Part shown: positions 38,361 to 51,358 of the stretch, piece after piece
Layout of the letters: each line of letters begins with the position of its first letter
Position numbering within the stretch: the first letter of the stretch is position 1
Assembly (NCBI GenBank): GCA_030141605.1
Contig: JAQGDQ010000076.1
Coordinates: forward strand, 310,001-374,000
Direction of reading: 5' to 3'
Source of the DNA: Tubiluchus corallicola
Lineage: Eukaryota; Animalia; Priapulida
Length of the DNA stretch: 64,000 bases
The notes under the pieces: generated by a model
What the model saw: only the letters and a program-made list of their open reading frames with translations
What the model was told of the DNA's origin: nothing
Databases searched by the model: none
Program-made: the position numbers and the translations under genes

Positions 38361-39345
38361 TTATGACCTCGTTGTAGTAGAAGCGGCGATTAAGGAGATA
38401 TTTGTGCTTGCTTCCTCTATTTTAATGATATTCATCCGACAAAGAAGTTTTTTGAAACAACTGCGAAATTCCTTGTTCAGTAGCGCATACACAACGGGAT
38501 TCACCAGCGAGTTTGCACTTACTCCCAATATTCGAACCTTATCCCAAATTTCGTACTCTTGTGACACTGACCACCATCATGTGTAAAACGTTGGGCATGA
38601 TAAACAGCATAGAGAGTCCAATCGTTACTGCTGACATCTTGGCAGCCTTTATTTGTCCAACGATAGACAACGAATTCTTCAGGTGTGCTCCAATGCTGTG
38701 AACTCTATTCATGTGCCCTTTTGCTGCTAGGACGATCTTTGTGTAAGCGTATGCCATAAAACTGAGTGCAATGACGTAGTGCATTGGAAAGAAGACCATA
38801 AACCAGGGCCAACAAAGGAGATCGCCAAGACGAGGTAATCCAGGAGTCCAGTTGAAGAATATCTGAACCGCAGTTAAAGAAGCCAAAACCAAGGAATATG
38901 TAACCGAAAGCAGGACAAACACTATGAATCTTCTTGCGGTTGTGTACTGCTTGTAATTAATAGGGTTAGTTATAGCCACATAGCGATCATAGGTAACAGC
39001 GGTAAGAAAAATCAAGCTACAACTGCAAAAGAAAATAGTGCAAAACAGTAACGTGGAACACTGCGCTCGTGATGGCTGAGGATTAACAGTGACACTAATT
39101 AAAAAAATTGGTAACATAACGCCCCACAGTAAATCAGTCACTCCTAAAGTAGCCAGGAGTTTTATGTGAAAGGTCTGCAGGCATTGGTATTTGTGCACAG
39201 CGATGACAACTAATGCGTTTAGAAACACGGTCAGCGCCCTCACGAGGATAGTCAACACGAATACGCAGACATCATACAAGGTTTCCAGTCTACCAAATTC
39301 ATACTGTTCACTGTTGCTGAAATTTGCTGGTGTTGTCATATTCAT
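38361..39345 (-). pseudogene. Intronless rhodopsin-class (class A) GPCR with one frameshift near 38560-38570 (pseudogene or assembly error)
   Basis: TM1 LNALVV, TM2 LGVTDLL, TM3 Cys and YDRYVAI..P..Y, TM5, TM6 in ORF 39345-38539; TM7 NSLVNPVVYALLNKEFR in the shifted frame 38567-38361; span 985 nt = 3n+1. Confidence 0.85.
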
Positions 39346-40320
39346 TTAGAAGGCGTCAATGCTTTATGTTTCTACTAGAACTGCTAATTGTGGTGTTTTT
39401 AAACTAGACTATTTAAAGTACAAAGCATCTTGTGCTTTGCAGGACAGACACATTCAAATCATATAGCGCATGCGCCAGGATAATCTTTTTTCTTTAAATC
39501 ATTAAGTTTTATAACTGGGATTAGTCTACAATTCTCTTATAGATTTTTTCAATGTCTTAGAAGCTGCTTCAGTGACACTAAGCGCACAAAAAGCTGTGTA
39601 ATTCTTTGCATAAGTCGTTTCGCGAAAGTCTTACAAGGAGCTAATTGCATAAACGGTTTACAGCTTAATTTTGCTGTAAGCTCGTTATAAGCGCGTCAAC
39701 GCAACACAGCAAAATCTTTCACAAAACGAAAGTTTATCAAGTTATCAAGTTATGAACAATAATTGTTGACAATAATTGTGTTTCTAATGGAAAATCATTG
39801 TGTAGTTTAATTTACAAGTTGAGAAACTAATTACTAAATTTCTTTGTGCAGTCAAGCACATCAATGCGACTACAAGAATATGTATAATTGTACATGTGTA
39901 TATATAGAATTATAGATAATGTATGGTATCGGTAATATAGGAAAAACAATCTCCATTGACTGTTATCTCGCCAGGTATCAAATTGGTGGTGTTAGTGAAA
40001 AAAAACATTAAGGACCATGCGAAGAACGAATGTAATCTAATAATATAAGTCATCTGGAAACGAGACATAAATGGTATAGTTCTTTCCTTCTTACGTGTAA
40101 ATTATCAGAGAGGGGCTAGCTACTCTCGTCCGAAGCATAGAGAAAGAGTACTTTGATTCGCCAACTTTACCGCTCTGTAAAGTAAAAACTGCCAGTGAAT
40201 AAATACTTACTTCGTATTGTGATATTCTATTTCTCTAAGATATGCATATTTAAATACATCATTTGATGATCGCCTCATTTAATCTGTGATCATCAGTATA
40301 TTTCTAATATTATTGACTCA

Positions 40321-40495
40321 GTAATTGTATCGATGATTAAAGAGAATTCATTAGATATTACAGACTGCGGGAATTACATGCCTATTGCGTTATCTACAGT
40401 ATTCAGTAAATTTTAGAGCGTGTCATTGTTAATAGATTGTCAGATACTGAATTGCAATTTGGATTTAAGAAAGGTCGTAGCACAGATCTTCGCTA
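40321..40495 (+). mobile_element. Non-LTR retrotransposon reverse-transcriptase fragment
   Basis: DITDCGNYMPIALSTVFSK / LERVIVNRL...QFGFKKGRST resembles the LINE RT NYRPI...QFGF motifs, frameshifted. Confidence 0.75.
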
Positions 40496-40604
40496 AATAT
40501 TGTAAGCTAAAACATAATATACATTTTCTGGTTTTTAATTTATTTTATTTTTTTTCGATGCAGGTATAAAATAAGCGTGCATTTATGAGTAAAATATCTA
40601 TTCA

Positions 40605-40666
40605 TTCTCTCCTCTTTCTCTCTCTTTCGCTCTCTCACTTCCTCCTCCCCCTTTCACTTTTGTCTC

Positions 40667-40715
<49 letters not shown>

Positions 40716-40753
40716 CCTCTTTCTCTCCCTCCTTCTTTCTCTTTTACTCTCTC
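40605..40753. repeat. (CT)n-rich polypyrimidine microsatellite
   Basis: Direct reading. Confidence 0.9.
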
Positions 40754-41212
40754 AGTGAATTACGAAAACGCAGTAATTAAATAAATATAGAATATTACAC
40801 TAGGTTGTTGTTTGAGCAAACATAAAACAGAAGGTGTGAGTTATTTATCTGAAGCATCTAACTGAACGAATTATAATCTAAACATGTAAGGAATACAAAA
40901 CGAAACTAAAACAAAGGGAGGTGATGTTAGTCACGTATTAATTATTAATTAGTTTGGTATGCAGCATCAGCGTCTTAATTTTCATGAAATTTCTGCTTAT
41001 GGCTCCGCAAAAGTTGATATCTATGCTGAACTAGCGAAACGCTTGAGCTTTTAGGACTATATGTTATTGTTATTAAATCTGCTGAAACCTCTCTGTAAAA
41101 ACAACGACTTTTAATAAGTCTCACATCAATTTTAAGCAAAATGAGGAAAAAGTAATGCGTTATTGAAACAGTCAGCTCCTCAACAATGGCACCTTTGTGG
41201 TGTATACGTCCC

Positions 41213-41366
<154 letters not shown>

Positions 41367-41639
41367 ATTGATGGTTTATTTTTCGAATCGGGACCACCGG
41401 GAGGATAATGTATTATGAATTTTACATGTAAGTCATATCTCTTAGCCCATTATCATCCGAGAGCAATAAACAAAAACTATGTAGAATGTCTGTGCATTAT
41501 TGATCCTTGGTAGACAGACTAAGAGCATTTATTATAGTTTTAACTTTGTGGAAAATATTTTGAATGGTTTCGATGTGATGCTGTTGGTATTGATGGTGTA
41601 GGTGTCGTCATCATCGTCAACAACATCATGATCACCATG

Positions 41640-41825
41640 TGATGCTGTGGGTGTGGTGAGCGTGCTGTGGATGGTGTGCTGTGGGGTTTGTGCTGTGGAT
41701 GGTGTGGTATTGATGGCGTGGTGTGGTGGGTTGTGGGTGATGTGCTATGGTGCGAGTGGTGTGTTGTGAGTAGGGTGGTTGGTGGTTATATGGTAGGGTG
41801 TGTGTGTGGTGTGGTGTGGGTTGTT
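41640..41825. repeat. GT/GTG-rich low-complexity tract
   Basis: Direct reading. Confidence 0.75.
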
Positions 41826-43008
41826 TTTATTGTGAGTTTATGCGCAAAATTCTTTTTGCGGGTTTTGGCTAGTCTATATATTAATTTCGCTGGTTTCCGG
41901 ATTTACATATATATGTATATATATTCGATTCGAAGCTGTAGCTCCAACGACAGCACCATTTGCGGCGATTTATATGTCAAACGAAAGGTCTCGATCTAGT
42001 GTCGTCTCATTGGGGGTTTACTTTTTGGAAACAGGTCCACAGCGAGGAACGGGGAGCAAAAAACCCCCAAAAATGGTCATTTTCGGTCGGTAATAAAATT
42101 TATACTTCTTATTCTGGAGAACGGGAAAGGGCCGTGGGTGGTTTCCCGCAACGGGCGGTTTCCTGGACCCAACGCCGGATTTTTTCCAATTATTTACCAA
42201 ACAACCTATAGAACAATCGTTCTAGCAGCACCTGATGGGGCTCTTGGAAAGAAGTATATATAGCTCTTTAGAAAGAGGAGGAACAGTACTACAACGTGGC
42301 CTGAGTTTCGTTTGAACGCACTTCCACCAGGAGGAGCAGCGACTAGTTGATTAGAGGTTCCATTTTGGGCGGTTCTCGCTTAGTAGCTACAGTGACGCTT
42401 ACATTGTTCTGACGCCATTCAATTATACTCTGCCTATAACTTTCATTCAGTAAAAGCTGCTACTGGCTCTGCATTATGCAAATAAATGAACACCAAGTAG
42501 GATGTTCGCGCATTATTGATTATAAGTGGATTTATATGCGAATTTTTTGCGGAGCGTTTGCTAGTATATTATTGACGCTGGAAATAGGGCAACCCCTGTA
42601 AACATTTTAACTTAGTTCAAGTGGATATGCTTGTCTTTACGATGGAGTCTTCTTCTAACGAGCAACACGAGGAAATCTAATTTCACTCAAAACAGATAAT
42701 AGCAGCTGCATTATATAAAAACTTTGAGGTAATAGAATAGAATTTATCGAGGCACTAGAAATGTGAGACTTAATAAGATTAGTCAAAATCGCGTTGACAA
42801 ACTAGAAATAGACGATCTCAGGAAATCGAAGAAAACAAGCTTTGCTTAGATTATGCCTAAGTTTTTTACTAAATGATTTAATAAAAGGAGCTCACAAAAC
42901 AACTTTGTTTATAAAACAATATTGTTTTTACGTAAAATATATGCTGATGCTAAACCAAACGTTTAGGTTTATTTTGTTTGTATATTGTATTGTATTTATC
43001 AATAGCCA

Positions 43009-43180
<172 letters not shown>

Positions 43181-44121
43181 TAGATTTTAGATGAGCATAA
43201 TTATTATTATAAGTAGGCATATGCACATGACAGTGGGCATGTATAGGCTTAGTTGATTTTCCATACATGCATGGCAGACGATCCGACTATCTAAATCTAA
43301 AGCATAAGCTCGTTATGAGACGAATTTAGAATTACCCAAAGACCTAAAATAAGACTAATGCTAGTGTTCAGTTAGTAAGTAGATTAAAAATATTTAGTAA
43401 ATGGATTAAAAATATAAAATTGGGCAACTTCTAAAGACAGAAAACCCAGGAGAAAACTAGCTTGGTAAAATTTAGAATTGAACCTGCATCAAAAAACTTG
43501 AGTTTTGTAGTCAAATATTCGACTATGTCCAATAGAAAGGCAATATTTACCTTTTAAGCAGCCACGAACGTCTTTTGAAATTAATGGCGAATTAGACGAT
43601 TTGCCTAATAATCTGAAATTGCTATAGCAGTGGGGCTGTGAGAGGTGTATGCGACTTCAGTGGTGAACTAAAAAACTCAAACTCATTTTGTCAGTTCGAA
43701 AACTGCGACAGGTGTTTGCGACGTTAGTGGCAAACTAAAAAATCCTGAAAACGATGTGACACTGGGCTATAAAAAGTACGACATTAACTGTGAATTAAAC
43801 CTGGCTCTGTTATCGAAAATGGTCGATGTGAAATAGCAGATATTTTTGTTTAGCGTCAACAATTTGAAAGGCAAACTTCATGTTTATTATTAGCTTACAT
43901 ACTGTCTTATTAGCCAATATTGTAACAAGTAAACTGAAAGAATGTTACATGGTCAACGATTCACCAATGATTATATACTTTCAACCATCAGTCACGTAGT
44001 TCCTTATATAACAGTTTTCCTGTTTTTTTCTCGTATTAGTTTTTGTCTAATGTGTCTAATTTTAGTCCAATACGGTTGTCGTGTTTTTGTATTTTTCATT
44101 GTTTTGTTCAAGGTATCTTCA

Positions 44122-44198
44122 TGATTGGCTCATTGATCGATTAATTGACTGATTGGCTGATTGACTTACTGACTGACTGGCTGATTGATTGATTGACT
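44122..44198. repeat. (GATT/GACT)n tetranucleotide repeat
   Basis: Direct reading. Confidence 0.8.
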
Positions 44199-44299
44199 GA
44201 ATATATGTATATATCATGAAGTATACATTGTCCCTTGATGAAGTAAATAAGAGGGGGGTGGGGGAGGAAAGTGGTACTGATGAAATCCCAGATTTTCTT

Positions 44300-44338
<39 letters not shown>

Positions 44339-45194
44339 ATATACAATATCATCAATTCCAGTGTCAGTTTTATGAAACTTTTATTTCTATATGGTAATAA
44401 GCAACGTGTCTAGTAAGTAAGAAAATCTGGGTATTTCATCAATCCCCCTCCCCCCCTTATTTACTTTATCAATGGCCAATGTATACAATCTGGGTTAAGA
44501 CAATTTTGCTGGATCAGTGTTTCATCTTAGAGGATTATCGTTAAAGCTGTAGTCACTGCCGTGTGCTGTGTTCCGGCTTGTAAAATGCGAAACTGTAGAA
44601 ACAAAAGCGTAGCAGTCTGACGTAATATTTTCATGACTTGCACGATGCGACACCACAAAAACTTTATTCCACCCTATTACGTCATTACTGACGTTAGTCC
44701 AGTGTGTTCCAGCTTTTGGAAAACTAACACGAACCTCCACAGCCACTCTTGATCAACTCCAGTGCGCCTATCTTTCATACCGTCCCCATGACTACAATGA
44801 TTTTACTTGGTACTTTTGTCTGACAAGTGGATTAATAAAGTAATAATTTATCCATGATAAGTATCAGTCGTGACTTTATCATTATTATTATTGTTGCTAT
44901 GAAGTGTAATGCAGTTTTTTGTCACTGGTGGACTGGCGGCATCGATTCCCTATTTCAGCTTATCAGGTGGATTACCAACCGTCTCCCGGCGACTGTTGCT
45001 GTTATGTCTGTGGTAACTTAGATACTCCCAATTTAATGCATTGTAATAACACCCTTATTGTTAGCTTGATGTCGCAGAGAAAGCGAATTGTTGACATTTG
45101 TACCTTAACCTGTACAGAACCTTACCAGATTGTGAGTGGTTTACCAAGTAAATAGATACGCCGACGCGGAAACGAAGAGTTTCTTGAAGTCCTC

Positions 45195-46492
45195 ATGGAT
45201 AAGTCTCAAAACGGACAATATGGACAGCCACCACCTGGGGTGCCACCAGGTCAATACGGTCAGAACTATGGTGGGCAGTCCCCTCGTCCAGGTCAATATG
45301 GCCAGAATTACGGCGGGCAAGGAGGTAAGGGAACTTTTCCATTTTTCACAACATCAGATTGCAACATGAAAGAACAATCGTATCTTGTGAATTTAAAAAC
45401 AAAATCAGGATCTTGGCCAAACATTGAAGCTAGTAACCGATTTTTTCTGGTGAATTTATTGACTACTGTAAGCAATCATCTATGTTTTTTGCAGGTCTCC
45501 CACCAGGACAATATGCTCAGGCACAGGTAATTAAACAGTTGTACAACAGAATTGGCACGATAAGTATCACAGAATTTGCACAATTTAATAGACATGTTTA
45601 GCCATCCCGTTACAAAATTAGTGCTAAAATATTAGAACCCAAATTAGAGGTTTCTGCAGGAACAGCAGACAAAAGACGCCAGAAATGAGCGTTCTTTGTC
45701 CAATTTTCACGAAAGCTTTATTCGTTAATTTGAGAGAACGGGAACATGCCGGGGATGTAACCTGTAATGGTTGGAAAATTCATTCACCAAATAATATGAT
45801 AAAATTAGAGTACACTAATGAGATTAAACAAAATGTATAAACGGCACATGAGAAGTAAAATATATGTTATCAAAGTACATTGAATTTCAAACCCCCATAA
45901 CATCTGATGCTGGCTCCCGTAATGGGGATCTGGATAGGTACTTACTTAATTATTTTGCTAGTAATAATTATTACTTTATTAGGCAAAAATACCAGGTAAA
46001 ATAGTTGATAATAGACTTTACCAGTTTTACATACGCATAGTATTAAGTTCTACTTTCTGTTACTGAGAATAGCAAAAGAATAAGTTACTTTAACTGTAAT
46101 TAATCTAGTCATGCCTAAATAAAGCTCGAAATACTCTAAGAACGAAATGTCAATCTGATTATAAAAGCAGCACTAGTGATGCAAGTAAAAGCCTCAACAC
46201 TGTTGTCGTGGAGCAAGAAAGTGTTTAAAACTTGTAAAGTCTGTTATCGCTTATTTATACCTAGATAATGGTTGAGATCAAGCTTTCATAAATCTAATTT
46301 GGGAAAGCAGCTTTCGACTTTCACATCTTTTCACTAACCATATTGGATGTATTAAACCTTACACAGTATTAAATTTTTCAGCGCTTATTATTATTATTAA
46401 TATTATTGTTGTTGTTGTTGTTGTTGTTGTTGTTATTATTATTATTATTATTATTATAATTATTATTATTGTTGTTGTTGTTGTTGTTGTTG

Positions 46493-46577
<85 letters not shown>

Positions 46578-48215
46578 GTTAATATTATTAACGTTATTAT
46601 AGTTGCCCCTACAAATTAATGGTTCAGCCTGCGTGTCTCTCCGTCGCCAGTTTCTCTCCACACCGAGGTAATATATAAAGTTGAGTTGATATTTTGCAAA
46701 GGGAAAGGGTGTGGCTGTGAGTCTTGTGACCTTCTACAAGGGGCTCTCTGGTTAAACTTAAAACATTTCCTGCTTGTTTATGTTTCAGCCGATGGCACAT
46801 AACACTGTGATAGTTCAGAATCAAGTGCGGCCTACATCATGGATGGCTTTTTCAATTTTCACATTACTCTGCTGCTTTTTTCCTGTGGGCATAGCAGCGC
46901 TTGTATTCTCTTGTATGGTAAGTTCCATTACACAAGTTCTCGAATTCAGTATGAGAACCTCGTCACATTGTTACTACGTTTATTCTCTCGTGGCTTCACT
47001 GCATCTGAGTCAGCTTTGTCGAAGCAATTATAAGTTTATTTCGCGATAATTACTTCAAACACCAACTAATCAACAAAACCTCTTTAATTTGCGAAATCTG
47101 ACGAAAGCCTTTTTATTATGTACATTATTATTAGTATATATTATTTTTGGGTTATTGCAGCTCGACAACCAAAAATTACAACAAAATACAATAATTTAAA
47201 TTGCCCAAAGTAGTCCCCGTACGAAGGGGACAACACAGTGCAATACCGTAAGTGTAAACATTAGTACTAAACTTTACGTACCTATGACACTAACATTTAA
47301 CAGAAAGTACAAAATTATAAAAAAAACATTGCGAGTTTTGGTAGAGATGGCTGTGGATGTGAGTTTCAAAAGTAGTTAAGCTAGGGGCATTTACAACTTC
47401 AAATGGCAAAGAGTTCCATACATTTATTACTCGACATGCACAACTGCACAAACGCACATTGAGTCGAACTTGTGGCTTTGTAAGCTTTAAATTATGCCCA
47501 CGAAGCCTTGCATCATTAGATAACACAAAAACGTCTGTAGTCATAATCAACAAGGCCATGGCGCAACTGGTAAGTAAGAATCAAATCAGCTCGTTGACGA
47601 CAACATGAACAGACGCTCATTATAACTAAGCTAGGATAATCCATAGACTAAGCTTGTGGCACGATGCTGGACATTTTCCAAAAGATCAATATCCCGTTGA
47701 TAATGAGGCGACCAAACTTGACAGCCGTACTCAAGTTTTGAGCTATTGGAGACCGGTACATAAGTAGGAATGACTGTTTGCCTAACAGACCGAAAGAGCA
47801 TTGTATTACGTTTTGTATTACCTTATAAGGCTATATGAGGTGAATGAGGATATACGGCACTTTCTTATTTATTTTGTTTTTAACCAGTTTCAATCATCAC
47901 ATAGTCCTACCTTGCATAAGCTAGCTTTAATTATTCGGAAAATGATTAACAAAAAATATTTTCTGTAATAATTTATCATCTTTTTTATGAGTGTCGAAGT
48001 CCCAGAAATTTTTTTAATCATTACAGGTGAATACAAAGTTCGACGAAGGTGATGTAGATGGGGCAGTCGGAGCGTCCAAAGTTGCGCTGTATCTAAACAT
48101 AGCTTCAATAGTTTGCGCAGTCGTCATAAGTATCATAATCGTCATCATTTACTTTACTGTTATTGCAAATGCGGCTAGTACGTATACTAACCTTGTAAAC
48201 ACGTATCTTAAATAA
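45195..48215 (+). CDS. CD225/dispanin family membrane protein (PRRT1/IFITM-like), about 159 aa, with a G/Q/P/Y-rich N-terminus
   Basis: join(45195-45324,45495-45526,46789-46917,48027-48215), GT-AG with consistent phases. CD225 pattern PTSWMAFSIFTLLCCFFPVGIAALVFS..V......GDVDGA..AS..A followed by a C-terminal TM helix. Confidence 0.9.
46386..46576. repeat. (ATT)n/(GTT)n compound microsatellite
   Basis: Direct reading. Confidence 0.95.
47240..47880 (-). mobile_element. CR1-clade LINE 3' fragment in the CD225 gene intron
   Basis: Minus-strand WSPHYQRDIDLLENVQHRAT...LSYNERL and LRGHNLKL...RVINVWNSLP..VVNAPSL..F are typical CR1 ORF2 C-terminal motifs. Confidence 0.85.
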
Positions 48216-49316
48216 GCGCCTAATTATGCATGGAAGATCTTACTTTTGCTAATTAATGAGCTAATATAATACAAATTGATATGAAGTGTGATGGTGTGAT
48301 TTTTTTTATAAATACAAATATGTAAAACTGTGTATGTACTAAAAGTATACAAATCGTTGTTCAACCTACTCGCACCCTCCACACCCGTTGGGTGTTTAAA
48401 CTAAATTCAGGCACAGAGTTGAGGTGAGGGGTCAATGATCGAGTTGTCACGGTGTTTGTTTAGCAACAGAAGTTGAGCAGCGCCAAGGCGGTTTGACTGT
48501 AGCCGTACTGATTCTGATCGTTTCCCTCTTGGAGGAAGGAAATACTCGCATTAGAAAGTGGCTCAGACCCGAGGTTTAGTAGCTCATCTTATAGGGTTAA
48601 TTAGCCTTACAATGTGCTACGTTCCGGTTTGCAAATTTGACAAATTTCAATATTGAGCAGGTGATGCCGCTGAGTGCTTTATTGTAAATAGAAAACAAAG
48701 ACAAAATTTCGAAAGCGATTTAGGTTAACCAAAAGGTTAACAGAATTTGGTTTTATTTTCATTGACAACATCTCCACGCGAGGTTGCATTAATTTTATTA
48801 CCTTAATTAAAAATTTATTCTCTGCAATCGTTACACAACTATTGAGCAATAGAAGTTACTGCAATGCAATTATCCCTAAATATGATATGTTAAGCTAGAT
48901 TCAATCATTTGTAATCAAACCTATTAATTAAGTATTAATTAAACAATTAATTAAATGTGAAGCCACCCGTAAAAATCAAGAAATTTCAAATCATGAAATC
49001 AAGATTCTTTTGAAAAGTTGGAACACTGCCTGGATGTGATCAGGATATCCTGCTTATAAGGCAAACCTGTGTCTTAGACTGGCAGCTTGTCATCAAGACA
49101 GTCCAAAGCTCATCACTCTAGTTGGTCTACCAGTACAGTATTTCAGTAATTTTGAACTTGATATTCCGGTGAGTAGATAATTTATTTGACGAAAAATTAA
49201 TCAAATTAAAGTTAATATATTAGTTAGTATCAGTCTAGCGCAGGGTTCTAACATTAGAAGTACTGAAGTGATTGGCCAGCTTATAGGGATGAACTTTGGG
49301 CTATCCTATTCGCTTG

Positions 49317-49385
49317 GGAACGTAGTAGTATAGTAGTCTAAGACTTGTGGTCACACGGCCCTGGGTTCAAATCCAGGCTCCGTTA
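49317..49385 (+). pseudogene. Degenerate tRNA-like sequence (His-like) or SINE head
   Basis: A-box-like tagtatagtagt, ttGTGgtc loop remnant, T-arm cctgggttcaaatccagg; anticodon stem is broken. Confidence 0.5.
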
Positions 49386-51109
49386 AATTTTTCGCATTTC
49401 CTGTTTTTTAAGTTTGGTTTCAAATTTAATAAGTCTTTCCACAGTTTCAGCGATTGGTGATCGTGAAAACGCCAAAGGTTAAGTGTAACAGACAACGTAT
49501 TCGGGTACACTTGACGACGTCTCGTAGCCCATACTGTTGTAATAGTAACAGTTTTTTAAAACACCTTATCTAGTCCATTTTTCCTTCTTCCCAAGCGAGA
49601 TCCTGCTAGTAAATCGCTCTACGCACAGACTAATGCATAGTTAAGGTCCACGTAAAACAACTGAAGTTACCGAACTTTTGCAGCAGAGGCTTTGCTTTAT
49701 CCACATGTCACGAGACGGTTTAGTTAAGACGCGTTGCGTTGCAGTGGTACACTTAACCTATGATCTGCAGCAATTGCGCGTGCGTGCAACTGTGAAAAGG
49801 CCTACTGGCTGTGGATTTGTACCATTATTTGACAGAAATAGTCTAAAATACTTATCTCTCATCGTTTTGTCGACAGTCTGTGTCTTCTTGAGAGAAGTCA
49901 TTAGAGTGTAGTAAGAAGCCAATGCTTTAATTTCCTACTGTTGATAGATTCCACTTCTATAGGGGAGTTGTCGATCAGTGTAAAAAATCTATTGTGGTTT
50001 TCCATAGTAGTTATGTAATAACTGTGATAGTGATGATATAGCGTTATAAACACTTTATTTAGGCATGTGGCGCCATACTTTGGCAATGAGTATGAATATG
50101 AATTAAATATTATGTGGTAGTATGACGTAATTTAAATGCAGAAAAATCGCATGAAAAGCAAAACTGAAAAATGGAAGAAAAGCAAGGCGTAAAACGTAGA
50201 AAGCGCATGTTTACTATTTTCTATTTTTTAACTAAGTTAAAAAGTGAAACCTCTATGCAGTTTAGGCATTGAAAAACTGAACAGTCTATCTGACAACTAT
50301 GAGTGTCATGGCCATTGTAAACATTCCCAGTGCAAATATATGACCCCATCCCTGACCTAGACCTCTAATCTTTTTGAAATCGAACTATCTACATATTTAT
50401 AACCTGCTAGATACTGTAATAGTGTCAAAGTCGCCATTAATACGTCGGGAAGGTTTTTCGCTACGCTCAAGCAAATACACAAGCAGTCAGAAGAAAACGC
50501 TTTGTGTGACTTAACAAATGAAATACAATTTGATAAACCACGAGACCGCAAAACAGTCAAAAGTTCAAGAAAATGTAAAAAGTGGGAATGCGCGTTTACA
50601 GTTTCTAGAAATGGACAAATTACTTGTTATGTTTACTGCTTTATTCATGTATTTTTTCATTTTTTCTATTTTAAATTCCTAAGAAAAAATACCACTTTTT
50701 GGAGTTTATCTTTTAAACCTGATGTGTGCCTTTTCGTGCGCCCGTTTTGACGTTTTACTTTTCCTGGTCTGATTTCTAAATACTTGTTCTTATTTCTGAG
50801 CATTCACAAATTTACCGTGGACTACGTTTGCTTTACGCCTTGCATTTTAGGCTTATTGACGACAAAACTTTACTAAGAACATTAAATCACCGAAGAACGA
50901 TGTGTAAAGTACTTTTTAAGCTTTTTAAATTTTGTTCGTGACATGTTTCTCTAACTTAATACGAATTTATGATTATGCCGCCTTGCTGCATTATTAAAAT
51001 TTTCTGTTTGTAAAATATTTATCATTAATAAAGATCTGTCAGTTTTATTTTATGTCATTTATGATCTATGTAGTTTTTAAGAAAAAATGAATAAATTAGT
51101 AATAATAAT

Positions 51110-51358
51110 CCTTATTTAAAGTCAGCCCTTGGGTGAACAATTAAAATTTGCTCAAAGACTATTATCGCCGTCTGTAAATAACAAACTACAACTACATAAC
51201 AGAGATTATTATTACCCCACTTTTACCCTAAATATCACGCGCCAGGCAGAGCAATAGTAGGTACCATATTTTAAAGTCTTTGGTGTGACCTGGCCACTGC
51301 ATCGAACTCACAACCTCCCAGACGGAAAGCGGGCGCACTACCACTAGACTAAACCGGT
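51110..51358 (-). mobile_element. tRNA-derived SINE with a conserved central domain (Meta-SINE-like)
   Basis: Minus strand: A box tagtctagtggt, B box gagttcgat, then ggtcacaccaaagactttaaaatatggtacc...ctctgcctggcg, then an AT-rich tail. Confidence 0.75.

Noticed and set aside
42230-42335. Hammerhead-like fragments (ctgatgg..gaaa; minus strand ctggtgga..gaaa)
   Set aside because: Core nucleotides mismatch and no convincing stems
49317-49385. Functional tRNA-His gene
   Set aside because: Anticodon and acceptor stems do not pair; kept only as a pseudogene or SINE head
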